DNA of 64,000 bases from Cyanophora paradoxa CCMP329 (Eukaryota > Plantae > Glaucophyta). Below, one piece after another: positions 1-11,700 of this stretch. Position 1 is the first letter of the stretch, and the number at the start of each line of letters is the position of its first letter. A program made the position numbers and the translations under genes. The stretch covers positions 186,001-250,000 of the forward strand of contig QPMI01000104.1 of NCBI GenBank assembly GCA_004431415.1, read 5' to 3'. The notes beneath the pieces are model-generated. The model saw only the letters and a list, made by a program, of their open reading frames with translations. It was not told where the DNA came from and did no database searches.

Positions 1-1342
1 GGCGGAGGTCCGATAGCGCGTGTCTCACTCGGCGAGGCGTGGAGTCGGGTCCGTGTCGCGCCGCCGCCCAGGTGCGCCGGAGTTCCTGCACGCGCGTGAG
101 CAGCGCCGACTCTGGCCGGCCCCTGCGAGAGAACTTTTGGGTCTTGCGTGCGGGCGTGTACATGCCGAAGTCCGCGGACTGGCCGATCTCCTTGACTCGA
201 TCGAGCGCCCCGTCGAGCGCGGCGCTGAGGCGGGTCAGGCGCTGCTGCGGCGGCGCGGCGGCGTCCCGCTCGATTTCGTCGAGGATTGCTGCCACGCATT
301 CGGCGCCGGGGCTGGTCCGGCTCAGGCTGGCCTCCAGGAGCTCCTTGAACCGAACTTTCGTCAGAGCGGCTTGCTTTCCGTACTGGAACCTAGGCGGGCG
401 CTGGGGGGCGGGCGGCGGGCCGGACGAGAACTGGAGGCCGAGTCCGCGCCTGTCGTACTCGGCGAGTACCGGGAAGTGGTCGGACTCGTAGGGCGCGTGG
501 CGGGGGGATACCTGAACTGCCCGGAGTCCGGCCCCGGCTGCCGTGGACTGGAGAATGTAGTCGAGCCGAGCAGCTGTCCGCAGGTGGCCCGTCGCAGTGA
601 TCCCTCGCGGCTCAGGCCCAGGTTCGTCCGGCCCGCGCTGTTTGTCGGGGAAGATGAAGGTGATCTGATCGTCCGTGCCCGCCAGCTTCGCAGCGTCGCG
701 CAGGTTCCAGGCGCTCTCGCTGAGAAGCTCTCTCCACCATCGATGCTCCGGTTCGTGTGAGCTGGCGTAGCGCGCGTTGCGGATCCGGCCGGTCGCCGGG
801 CAGACACAGCTGTTGAAGTCACCGAGCAGGAACAGATGCGCCTTGTGTCGGGCCGCCCAGTCGGCGAGGATGTTGTTTCGCATGTACTCGATGATCCGGG
901 CGCTCTCCGTGTTCGCTGAGGTGCGGCTTTCTCCCGGCGGCAGGTACACGCTCGCTACGAAGACCTGCACGTTGTCCGCGAAGCGCAGCTCGCACCCGAC
1001 GACTCGCCCCGGCATTGAGTAGGTGCGGAAGCAGTGCTTCGCCATGTCCGCGGACAGCAGCAGCGCAACGCCTGACCCGCGCGCAGACGGCTCCTTGGGG
1101 TCGTTCTTCTTCTTCTTCTTCTTTTTCTTCATCGGCTCGGCGCGGCGGGGCGCGCTAGGGTGGACCGAGGTCAGCATGACGCCGGCGTCGATGGCCTGCC
1201 TCATCGCTCGGGCTGCCGCGGCGGTACAGTTAAGTGATTGGACGCCCATGACGCTGATCCCCCAGTCCTTCATGTACTTTTGCAGGTGGCCGACGTGGTT
1301 CACGCTCGAGCACGACCGTGCGTTCCAGGTGGCGATCCGCCA
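1..1342 (-). mobile_element. Non-LTR retrotransposon (LINE) ORF2, N-terminal AP-like (EEP) endonuclease domain; 5'-truncated, continues beyond the left edge
   Basis: Manual translation of the - strand is open from ~1342 to base 1 with ordered EEP motifs: RIATWNARS, VMGVQS, GSGVALLLS, PGRVV, VASVYLPP, LLGDFNS, ITF, RLDYILQS, SDHFPV. No introns. Missing from the ORF track because it has no stop inside the window. The RT domain would lie outside the window. Confidence 0.85.
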
Positions 1343-1356
1343 GGCGGGGCGTGCAG

Positions 1357-3899
1357 GCGGCCTCCTCGGCGCTCACGCCGATCGGCCCGCTCGGGCAGGA
1401 GCCGACGATCGCTGAGGCGATCCTCTTCTCTCCCGCGCCGACCCCCACGCTCCTCGGTCGGCGCGGCGCCGCCCCGCGTCCGAAGCATCGCCTGCCCGGC
1501 GGCCGACTGCTGACTCGCGCCCCGAACCGCAGCGAACATGTTCGCCAGTGGAGTTGCTCGGCTGGTGGCCATCTCGGCCACGCACCCGATCGGCGCGCCG
1601 CTCTCCCGCCCGCCCGCCCGCCGCCCAGCCCGCGACGACAGCTGACCGCTCCGGCGCAGACACTGTGAAGACCAAAGTGCAGACGAGCCGCGGCGAGCCG
1701 CGCCCCGCGCTGGAAACGCTGCGGCTCATCGTGAAGCAGCAAGGAGTCACGGGGCTCTACGCCGGCGAGTTCAATCCAGTACCCCTGAGCCTCGAGGTCC
1801 CCCATCTGATACTGTACCCGGCAGGCCTCGACGGGACGATGATAGGGCAGGTGCCTTACTCGGCCGTCGCCTTCGGCATCTACGAGTTCCTGGTACCCCC
1901 CCAGCCCGACATCCCTCCGTACCCGTACCCCGTACCCCGTTTGGTAACCCGTGCCCCGCAGAAGGAGCTCCTGGTCCCGCAACTTCCCCCCTCCCTCTTC
2001 GCGCACATCCTCTGCTACCTCGGTACCCCCTTACCCCATCAATCGCACCCGTAACCCCGGTGGTCTGACCCCGTACCCCCGCCCCGGCAGTCTGCGGCTC
2101 GCTGGGAGACCTCACCGGCTCGCTCATCGTCGTTCCCAGCGAGGTCGTGAAGACGAGGCTGCAGGTAGCGGCTTGGATCGCTGTACCCCCTGCCACCTGC
2201 GTTCTCACGTACAACCCCCCCCCCCCCTCGTCAGGCGGGTACGTACGCAACGGCGAAGGAGGCGATCGATTCGATCCTGGAGGATACAGGATTCCGGGGC
2301 TTCCACCCCCAGGTAGCCCCTCCCCTCCCCACCCCCTTCCCCCCCCCCGCCCTTTGGACTCCCTCCCCCTAACCCTCCCCCCCTCTTTGGCCTCCCCTCC
2401 CCTTCGCCCCCCCCCTCCCTTTCCTCCGCTGCTTATTCATTCGGGACGTACCCTTCCGCGCCATCCAGGTACCCCCGCTCCCTTCCCTCTTCGTTTTTAC
2501 AGTACCCCAGCCCTTTACAACCTGTACCCCCAGGCGACGGTCTTCGAGCTGCTGCGCCTCGCGCCCTCGCTGTGCGACAACATCCTCGCGATGGGTATGA
2601 TCGCCGGGGCCGTCGCGGCCGCCCTCACTACCCCCCTGGACGTCGTCAAGGCGCGCCGCTGTACCCCTCCCGTGCAATTCGATCGATCGATACCGATTTT
2701 TTTTTGAAAGTCTGCTGCATTCGTACACACTTGACAACAGTCCCCCGCTCCGGCGGCTCCACGCCTACCGGATACTGAGATGCTGACTGCAAGAGGAGAT
2801 AGATAACAAGAGTGCTACAGCTAGTAGTCGTGTCGAGCTAGTGCCTTAGCTGTAGTCTACCGAGTCGTCTCCAGAACATAATATGCGCCGGTCCTCTAGC
2901 AGTGAGCGCGGCAGAAAGATGTAGGCCCAGAAAACCGGAGCCCCGTTAGTTAGGGCCCGGATGAAAAACTGGTGGTCGCGCAGCAAGAGCCGCGCTCCTC
3001 AGCCGCCTCCACGGCGAGCGCTGAGTCCAGAGTCGCCGCCAGCCGCCGAGCTGCAGCGCCGCGCAGCGAGCCGCGCGTCAACATCGCGGGCAGCTGCAGC
3101 TGGGCGCGGCATCGCCAATGCCCGCGGGAACCCAGGCTGGTCGGCGGGAGCCGAGCAGCACGCCATCTCCTCCAGAGCCCGAGCACCGCGCCCTTCTCTG
3201 CGTCGCTCCTCCTACTGCCGCGGCCAGCTTGGTCCGCCCTCGCTAGATTTGCGCCTAGACATGCTGGAACGCGCGGGCGCTGTTGCGCAGAGCGGCGCCG
3301 ACGCAGAGAAGCCCGAACTAGAGGCAATGAGCACTGCTGAGACCGCTGATCTGACCTGGGGGCCGCACGCCCAACCGCGCCCGCCGACGAACGAATCGCC
3401 TAACGGACACTGCGGCTAAGCGGCTAGAAGCGCTTCTAGACCTTACTGAGGCGACCTGTGCCCTCCGGGCGCGCGCCCGGCGGGCGCTTCTCCCGCCCCG
3501 CCGACCTACGTTGCGCGCCCTTCCCGGGGTACAGAATCTCGATCGATCGATACCGAGCTGATTCGATCCGGGCGGCCGCGGCAGACGCGCCTCATGGCCC
3601 AGCTGCAGGACCCGCACGCGGCGCCGCCCACGCCGGCGCCCGACGGCGCCCCGCGGGACCCGGCCCCCTACCGTGGCGCCATCAACGTCCGCCCGCCCGC
3701 CCGAGCTCATCTGAGCTTCGTTCGCCGAGTTCGCTGAGTCGCGCATGCGCAGGCGCTGGTTCGGATCGCTGCGGAGGAGGGCCCCGGGCGCGGGGCGCCG
3801 CGGCGCTGCAGCCTGCAGCCGCTGAGCCTGCAGTGCGGCTCGGCCCGCGCCGGGCCGCGCGTCCGGATCCCGGAGTCCTCAGGGCCTCGTCGATCATAG
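1357..3899 (+). pseudogene. Mitochondrial carrier family (SLC25) gene, S-adenosylmethionine-carrier-like, probably decaying
   Basis: Spliced exons give three carrier signatures (HPIDTVKTKVQ, VPSEVVKTRLQ, TPLDVVK|TRLM) plus GLYAG, GQVPYSAVAFGIYE, RDVPFRAIQ and YRGAINALVRIAAEEGP. Defects: no AG acceptor before the RDVPF exon (~2430), the last helix is replaced by junk ending at TAG 3897-3899, and the 5' end is cut by the LINE. Confidence 0.8.
2697..3538 (-). mobile_element. Retroposed insertion (SINE or 5'-truncated LINE 3' end) in carrier intron 2651-3584
   Basis: 18-bp target-site duplication TCGATCGATCGATACCGA at 2679-2696 and 3539-3556. T9 at 2697-2705 is a poly(A) tail on the - strand. 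Removing the insert leaves a normal short intron. Confidence 0.85.
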
Positions 3900-4678
3900 A
3901 GCTGCGGCTCGAGCTCAAAACCCCGGCTCGAGCCGGCTCGAGCCGGCCCGCTCCAGCCTCGAGCCAGCTCGAGCCGGGCTCGAGCCGACCTACGGGCCCG
4001 GCCCGCGGGGGGAGGGGGGAGGCCTTAGTACTCAGGCCTTAGAACTTTAGTACTATTAATATCCAACCTCTTAAATATTTCCTGCTTTACAGTAGGCCGT
4101 AATATATGCCGCCGTATACGTCCTGTAGGCTGTAGAACTAGTTAATTTAGTACAGGAAAATAATATAATTAGTACTTTGCCAGTAATTAGTATACTTTGC
4201 TAGCTGCTATAGCAGCTGGTATTAGCCTGGTAAAAGTTTAGTAGATCACTGATCATGAGTCAGTCACTGATGAGTCTTCGGCGGACTCGACACGTACGTA
4301 CTAGTATACTCTTCGCGGGGCTTGTGTATGGCGGAGGCGGGTACAGTAAATTGAAAACACGCAGGCTCGGGCAAATTAAACCGGCCACGCCGGCGCCCGA
4401 CGGCGCCCCGCGGGACCCGGCCCCCTACCGTGGCGCCATCAACGTCCGCCCGCCCGCCCGAGCTCATCTGAGCTTCGTTCGCCGAGTTCGCTGAGTCGCG
4501 CATGCGCAGGCGCTGGTTCGGATCGCTGCGGAGGAGGGCCCCGGGCGCGGGGCGCCGCGGCGCTGCAGCCTGCAGCCGCTGAGCCTGCAGTGCGGCTCGG
4601 CCCGCGCCGGGCCGCGCGTCCGGATCCCGGAGTCCTCAGGGCCTCGTCGATCATAGAGCTGCGGCTCGAGCTCAAAAC
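3628..4678 (+). repeat. 294-bp direct duplication (3628-3921 = 4385-4678) of a carrier exon-intron-exon fragment
   Basis: The two copies look identical by eye and include the intron, so the duplication happened at the DNA level. Confidence 0.9.
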
Positions 4679-4685
4679 GCACCGT

Positions 4686-4735
4686 GGTCCCAAATTAATG
4701 CGTTTTCCGCTGGCAAAACGCATTAATTTGGGACC
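4686..4735. repeat. Perfect 21-bp inverted repeat (GGTCCCAAATTAATGCGTTTT, 8-nt loop) within an AT-rich MITE-like patch
   Basis: Arms at 4686-4706 and 4715-4735. Further TTAATGCG/CGCATTAA motifs continue to ~4900. Confidence 0.8.
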
Positions 4736-5774
4736 GCATTAATATCGAAACGCTAAGAAACTGCTGTATCAGCCTGTACCGTAGTACGTACCCCTCTAAT
4801 GCAGCCAAAATGCTTCAAAACGCAGTAATTCGGTGCCGCATTATTATCAATACTAGGGGTCCGGGTCCAAAAACGCATTAAATTCTGGCGCATTAATCAA
4901 GTGTTCAACGGTTACACGGTATGAGTGATAATGAGTCACAGGCTCCGTCCGACGGTCGACTCGGCGACGAGTCGGCGTCGAGTCACAGGCTCACACTGTG
5001 ACAGTCTGTCTGCCGTGCCGCGGCCCGTGCGCCGTGCACGGCGGCCACGGCCACGGCGGCACGGCCCATGCCATGATGGCCGGCGGCCACGGGCGGCGGG
5101 CCACTGGGCCAGTGGCCACTGGCCACCGGGGCCACGCCGCCACGGTCGGAAGGTATACCGGTACGTACTCGTCAAGTCGGAAACCTCCGAGGCTCGGAAT
5201 TCGAAGATCGGAAGCTTCGAGAACCGCCCCAGCTGCACAGCATGCACTGCTAGCCAGTGCTACCCCGGTACTACTGGGCCGGTAGGCATTGCCGCAGTGC
5301 TAGCTAGCAGTCTGCTGCGACAGTTCGCCCCGGCCGAAGGCCCCAGCTGCACCCAGTGCGACTCCGCAAAGCACGCGCGCGCGTGTTGCCTAGTAGGTAG
5401 CACCGGCCTGCAGCCGCCGAAGCTAAAGCTGCGCGCGGAACTTCGGGGCCTTCCAAGTTCGATTCGTGGTCGGGTGCCGGCCCCGGATCCGGTGAGCTCG
5501 AGATTCGAATTCGTTAACGTTATTCCAATCATCATAACGTGTGTCGGCGTCGTTTTTATACATATACTTCTATACGCACGCGGGCGTTGCGTTAGACCGC
5601 GCTTTTAAGAATAGCGCATTATTAATATTGCGCTTTTAAGAATGGCGCCTCCGTAGAATGCGGACTTGGTGCATGCACACGTGTATATATTGTGCATGCT
5701 GAGCTGACTTGAGCTCGCGGATCGTGTGCAGCGCGAGCGTACGTGTACGCGTGCTCCAGATCTAGAAACCAAAG

Positions 5775-8700
5775 ATGAGGTTGGAACATCGTGCCGGTCG
5801 CGTCCTCGCGGCTTCGGCCGCGCGGCCACGGGAAGCCGCTGGCCTCGCGCTGGCGCCGGCGCTGCTCGTGATCCTCGTGTCGTGCGCGGCTGTCGCGGTT
5901 GTCTCCGGCCAGGCCACCCCGACTTGCAGTGCGTACTCATTGTAACGCGTACTCATTCAACAATTGTTCGTTAATATAACGTCACAGGTCTAACGTATTC
6001 TTCGAGCGCGACGAACACCCCAATCGAGCTGCTCAATTCGATGGGAAACATAAGCACTCCCCTGACCATGAGCTTCTGGTGAGCCTGATACCCGGTCTTG
6101 CTACTCGAGCTCTCGCTATCGGCGAGCTAGCCGACATATATATGTATATGTATATATATGCATTGACGATAGAATGACCGGAACCTTCAATTTGGATTTG
6201 CGATTGCAGGATCAAGAGAAATGCTGCCCATTCGGGAGGCACTGATATGGATTCTTACATTTTCAACGCTCACACCATCGGTGGTGCTGGTGTCAACGCG
6301 TTTGAAACGTACTTGTATAATGTATGGCGCATCTGAAGACTTCCCACAAGACAGATTGATTGAATAGTAATGTCATTCTGCAGAATGGGCTCTACATTCG
6401 GCAAATGTGGGGAAATTCCGACAAGTCTGTATCGCTTATCATCGGCGGAACTATTCCTGTAAGCTGGCCTTTCGAATTCTACAAAGTTGGCCTTTCTTGA
6501 ACCTGACAATTCTGCCTGCTACCGCTCAGTCCGATAAAACTTGGCAGCATATTGTTATCGCTTATGGTCCGCCGACCTGCTGCATTGATGCCGACGATAG
6601 CACCAGCACGACGCTTCGCAAGTATGCAAACGTGACAGTATGGGTGAACGGAGTCAAGAAAACGGTGACAAATCAGATATCTTTGCAGTCGGGTACAGCT
6701 GCAAAGCCAATCGACCCGACACCTCCGTCGCCCGTGCTGGTGTCTCACTACCAGGAAACCGCGGACAAGGAGCCCGTGGACGTTTTCAACCGTACAAGGG
6801 TCACGATTGGCGAAGGTTGCACGAGTATGGAGCTCGCCGGTAAATGATGAAAAGATGTTATATTTATCTCTTACGATTAAGATGTCAACCGCCACGTGCA
6901 CTGTGCCTCTCAGAGTTTCAACTGTACAAGGCCGAGCTCACCGAAACGGAGGTGCTTCAGATATACAACAACGGCACTAGCTGCGAGCTGATCGACAAGG
7001 GAATGTGTCAGTATTCTTGAATTATCGCCCGCTCTTAGATTCTGTTCTGCTGCGTTTACTTTGATCGCTACCGCGGGGCTTGAAATTGACTGACGTCGAC
7101 ATTGTGATTTTCCTGTTTTGATTGCAGACCTCTACTACAAGTTCAACGAAGGATCCGTGCGTTTTGCGCCCGTATAAGTAAAGGGGGCATTTATACTCGT
7201 GTGCTGATCATGAAGTCATTCTTTCGATTCAGGGATCCGTGGCGATCGACCACTCGGGCAGGGGCCTCAACGGGACTGTTCCGGCCTCGCCTGTCTTCAG
7301 CTGCACAGGCACCGCTCCAGTCGTCGCCGCGGACGTTTCCCACCGCACGTGCTCCGCCTACACGCTCTCTGCGGCGATCACGGCCTCTCGCACGGACCTC
7401 TCCGCCAACTTCAGCGTCTCGCTGTCGAACACGAACGCGGCGCGCCAGGCCAAAGGCTTGAAAGCTCAGATTACGTGCAACGCCAAGGCTGCCAACGGCT
7501 CGACGTGGACCGCGAACACCACTTCGCAGACCGTGCCCGACATCGCCACGGGCGGCAAGACGGCGCTGACCTTCTCGCTCGCGGGCCTCTCTCAAGGGAC
7601 GAACTACACGTGCTCGCTCGCCGTGTCGGGCGGCTCGCCGGCGCTGCCCGTCTCTGTCGCCGACAACACCGCCGCGATTTCCGTGCCGGCCGCGCCGGCC
7701 TCGAGCTCGCCGGCCGCAACTAGCACCCCTTCGCCGTCGCCTTTGCCCTCGCCCTCGCCCAGCACCGCGCCGGCGAGCCCCGGCGCCAGCGCCCCGCCGG
7801 GTGCGCCTGCGGCCCCCACCTTCAAGTCGGCCACGACCACCGAGATCGTCGTCAACGTCGCGCTCCCGACGACGAACGCCGCCGGCCTGACCAAATGCGA
7901 GGTCTTTAACGCGGCGACGAACGCCGTGCTCGGGACGCTGCAGAGCCCCACCGCCGCCGGGACCGTCACACTGTCGGGACTCACACAGTCCACCACGTAC
8001 GAGGTGCGCATCCTTGCATTAGTTCTAATTCCAAAATCATGATCATCTGTACGTATACGTGCGAGGCTTGAATTTAATGCTTTTGTACAGTTTTACGTCG
8101 CGTGCTCGAATTCCGCTGGAAAGGGCGACAAATCTCCCTCGGCCAAGTTTTCGAGTGAGCCAAGTTGCCACTAATATTAATTATAATTATATAAGTATAG
8201 CTATTGTGCCGCCCACTTTCCGACTCCCAGCTAGCCCTGGTCGTCGGCTCTAAGCCGGCAGCTTGCCTTGCCTTGTACCCTTTGTAGCCTGCTATTCCTG
8301 GTGCCACGTTGTTGCCAACTGGCCCGCTTATTTTAGCCCTGGGCCCTCGCTTGCCCTGCGCGGCGCTCGCTTGCTGGCTGTCGTTCTCGTCCCTGTTCTC
8401 TGTACTTACTGTCTTACGCTGTACCTGTTACTTGCTGTCTTACGCCGGCTCTGCGCCTGCTGTGTACGTAATGGCACCCGCTTGCCGTCGCCCTACGGTG
8501 CTGTACGGGCCTGTCCGGATCCCTCTCTGCTTGGGGCGCCTCTGGGCCTAGCCAACTGCTTAGCGCATCCCGCTCAGCGCATGGGGGCTGCTGCGTTGGG
8601 CTTCGACTTTTTAGCTCGTATGCCTGGGGACGAACGCTGCGCTCTTGCCCGAACCCCTGGACAAGCACGCCATCGTTTGCCTCGGCTTGCGCGTACGGCC

Positions 8701-11700
8701 TCCACTCTCTTGTAGTGGGAAGCGCCTATGCGGCAGAGCTTAGCAATACTAACCGCATGGTTCATGCCTTTCCACCCGCCACTGCGCCTTTCTTGCTTAC
8801 GGACCTGGCGCACCACTCTTTCTGTAGTGGGAAGCGTCCGCCAATCCGTCTATTGAGCCGCATGCGCTCACAGTCATCTAAACGTGCCGTGGCTGCGCTC
8901 AAGAGCAAATGCTGATGCAGCCCGCGCGCATGTCGAGTGAAACTGTATTGCATTGTATCGGGGGACGACACCACAACGTACTACTAAATGTATTGTATGT
9001 GGAGCAACACCCTCTACATCTACACACGTCGTCATTACGATCGAATTGCGTGTTGACGCCGATCGAATGATGATCTTGTTGTCGTCGTGGCATGTCGTTT
9101 CTTCCCTGGTCCACGTGCAGTGAGACGTATGATGATTAAAGCTGTCTGACTGAGTATTCTTCACAAACATACCTTCTTTTCGTCGTCGTCTTGTTTTGTC
9201 GAGTTGCCCGCATGCTCGTGACATGCCAGGCTCGCAAGGCAGCTATGAAGCGCCAGTCAACCAATCTTTGCTCTCTGCAGAAAGTACAGAGTCAGCCGCC
9301 AAGACGTGAATGCCCTGGGATAACATGGCCCCAGTCCGCGCCCGAGGTCTCACCTACGACGGCTGCGATGGCACCTCCGGCTAGCCCGAGGCACGCTCAA
9401 TGGTGGCGAGTGTATCTGAAGAACGCATGGAGTCAAACCGCTGCGACGTGAAAGCCCCTGGGATAACAAGGCCCCAGTACGCGCCCGAGGTCTCACCTAC
9501 GACGGCTGCAGTGGCGCCTGCGGACCTCCCGAGGCACGCTCAGCGCGGCGAGTGGCATCCCTCGTGAGGATCACTCCACTTGACTCCACCCTGCATCCAG
9601 AGGACGTGCGGCTCCGCGTCTCTCTCGGCTCTGCGGGTTGCGTACGCGTCAGTGGAAGCCGGCGCAGCTCCACTTGACAGCGATCTCTATGCGAGGAAGC
9701 GCATCTATCTGTTGTCAAGCCTACCGGGCGCACTGTCGCACCTAGTCGGCAGACAAGATGCCAAGACCTTGCCCTGGCTCCGACGACGTAGCTGCCCTTC
9801 TCCGGGACGTCCAGCTCGTCAAGCCAGATGTCAGTCGCTTCACGCACATCTCAAGCGTGTGCGAACTGTCGTTTTCTTCCTGTCGTGGGCGTTTGATCAG
9901 CGACCGAGGCCTGTTCAGCGGGCGGAGGTCTGACCGAGGCCTGTCCGGCGGGCGGAGGTCAACAGAAGCGTAAAGGATGCGCTCTGGAACGTCCTACGAC
10001 GACGTGAGCAGCCATAGCTAAAGTTGGACGGCGGACAGCGGACCTGTCTGTTGAGGAGCGTCAGCAAGCAGCACTGGGTGATGCCCCGCGACCAGTCTTC
10101 ACGCTCGCGCGTCGACTGCGTCGGCCCGTTGGGTGATTCCCGTGCATCGGTTGAACCTGGCAGCTGGGTGATGCCAGCTGGACGCCAGCGCTGTTTCGGT
10201 CTGCTTAGCTGTGGGTGATTCCACGCTGACCAAGCCAGCACGCACCGGCGCTCTAGTCCGGGTGATTCCGACCAAGCCTCCGCTTGCGACTCTCCGCTGC
10301 TGAGAGGTCCATACGTCTTGCCTACGACTATCACGCGAGCACCGATGATCATTCCGGGCCGCGCTGATGCTGTCTCCTGTCCCGCGATGGTGGCCTGCCT
10401 AAGCCCCGGCTACGCGCTGCATCTGCGTACGCTGGCGGACTCGATGGCTGTATCCCATCCCGTCCGATCGTGGAGGATCCTTGGCGATGGGTCTGTATGA
10501 TGCGACCAGTGGCCTGCTGCTGCTGCGGAGCCTGACCCCGTACGACTGGCTCGCCGCCTCTACTCTTCATGGCTTGCCTGCTCTACGCGTACGCGGCTGC
10601 ACACTCTACTGTGCTGTCCGATCGCCCCGCCTTGTGACTCCGCCGGCCGAGTCACTTGGCAACGCAATGCGGCAAGCTGCGCCGAGCTTGGCCCGCAACG
10701 CGTACTCTGCCGCTGCGGCTCTGCTGATCGAGCCTGCGGTCCTACACTCCTACATTCTACATCAAGTACCTTCTACACTGTGGAACTTTCGACCCGGCGC
10801 CGCCGCAGCCCGGCGGCTTGCGGCGCGGCGCCGGTTTCGAATTCGAGCTTAGTGCTAGCGCTAGCACTCGTTTTCCCCTCCGGCGGGATTTAGAGGGTTT
10901 GCCCCGGTTGGCTGGCGGCGCTCCGCGCGCTCTGGCGTCAGGTCGTGGGTCCCTCACCCAACTTTCCTTGTTGGGCCCAGTTCCTCATACTGGTGCCGAC
11001 GGCCTGATGGATTTTAATTTGCCCCTCTGGCCCGCCCGCTGTGGCGCCGAGGACGGCTTTCTGTGCAGGGACGGTAGCCGGCTTTTGGCCCAGTGGCTCG
11101 TAGTGCGTTCAGCCTCGCCTACGCAGCTTTAGTTCAGCCTTTAGCTCGTAGCGCCGAGGACGGCTTTTTGTAGCGGGAAGCGTGTGCCGCCCACTTTCCG
11201 ACTCCCAGCTAGCCCTGGTCGTCGGCTCTAAGCCGGCAGCTTGCCTTGCCTTGTACCCTTTGTAGCCTGCTATTCCTGGTGCCACGTTGTTGCCAACTGG
11301 CCCGCTTATTTTAGCCCTGGGCCCTCGCTTGCCCTGCGCGGCGCTCGCTTGCTGGCTGTCGTTCTCGTCCCTGTTCTCTGTACTTACTGTCTTACGCTGT
11401 ACCTGTTACTTGCTGTCTTACGCCGGCTCTGCGCCTGCTGTGTACGTAATGGCACCCGCTTGCCGTCGCCCTACGGTGCTGTACGGGCCTGTCCGGATCC
11501 CTCTCTGCTTGGGGCGCCTCTGGGCCTAGCCAACTGCTTAGCGCATCCCGCTCAGCGCACTATCATTCAAATTCATAACAAGAACTGGGTTCTTTACCTT
11601 GTACATAAATATATATGCAAGTTACCTGACCGCGACTGATCGATATCGCTGCATATGCATCAAAATCTCATCATGCATATGATCAATCTAATCAAAACTG

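Larger units (their letters stand above)
8205..11559 (+). mobile_element. Non-autonomous LTR retrotransposon inside intron 8155-11712
   Basis: Two 377-bp TG...CA LTRs, apparently identical. 4-bp TSD CTAT at 8201-8204 and 11560-11563. TGGGGGCT PBS-like site directly after the 5' LTR; purine-rich AGCGGGAAGCG before the 3' LTR. No intact gag/pol ORF in the 2.6-kb interior. Confidence 0.92.

Noticed and set aside
20-1415. + strand ORFs such as 20..760 and 1023..1415 (poly-Phe)
   Set aside because: Antisense shadows of the LINE ORF; the poly-Phe is the complement of the poly-Lys.
1373-1750. - strand ORF in frame with the LINE endonuclease across a single TGA (possible ORF1 read-through)
   Set aside because: It is the antisense of carrier-gene exons and introns; LINE sequence ends at ~1342.
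7000-7010. Apparent non-canonical GA donor after GACAAGG
   Set aside because: A canonical GTCAGT donor a few bases downstream keeps the frame.
8263-8715. Hydrophobic ORF duplicated at 11241..11639
   Set aside because: It lies within the T/C-rich LTRs and has no protein motif.
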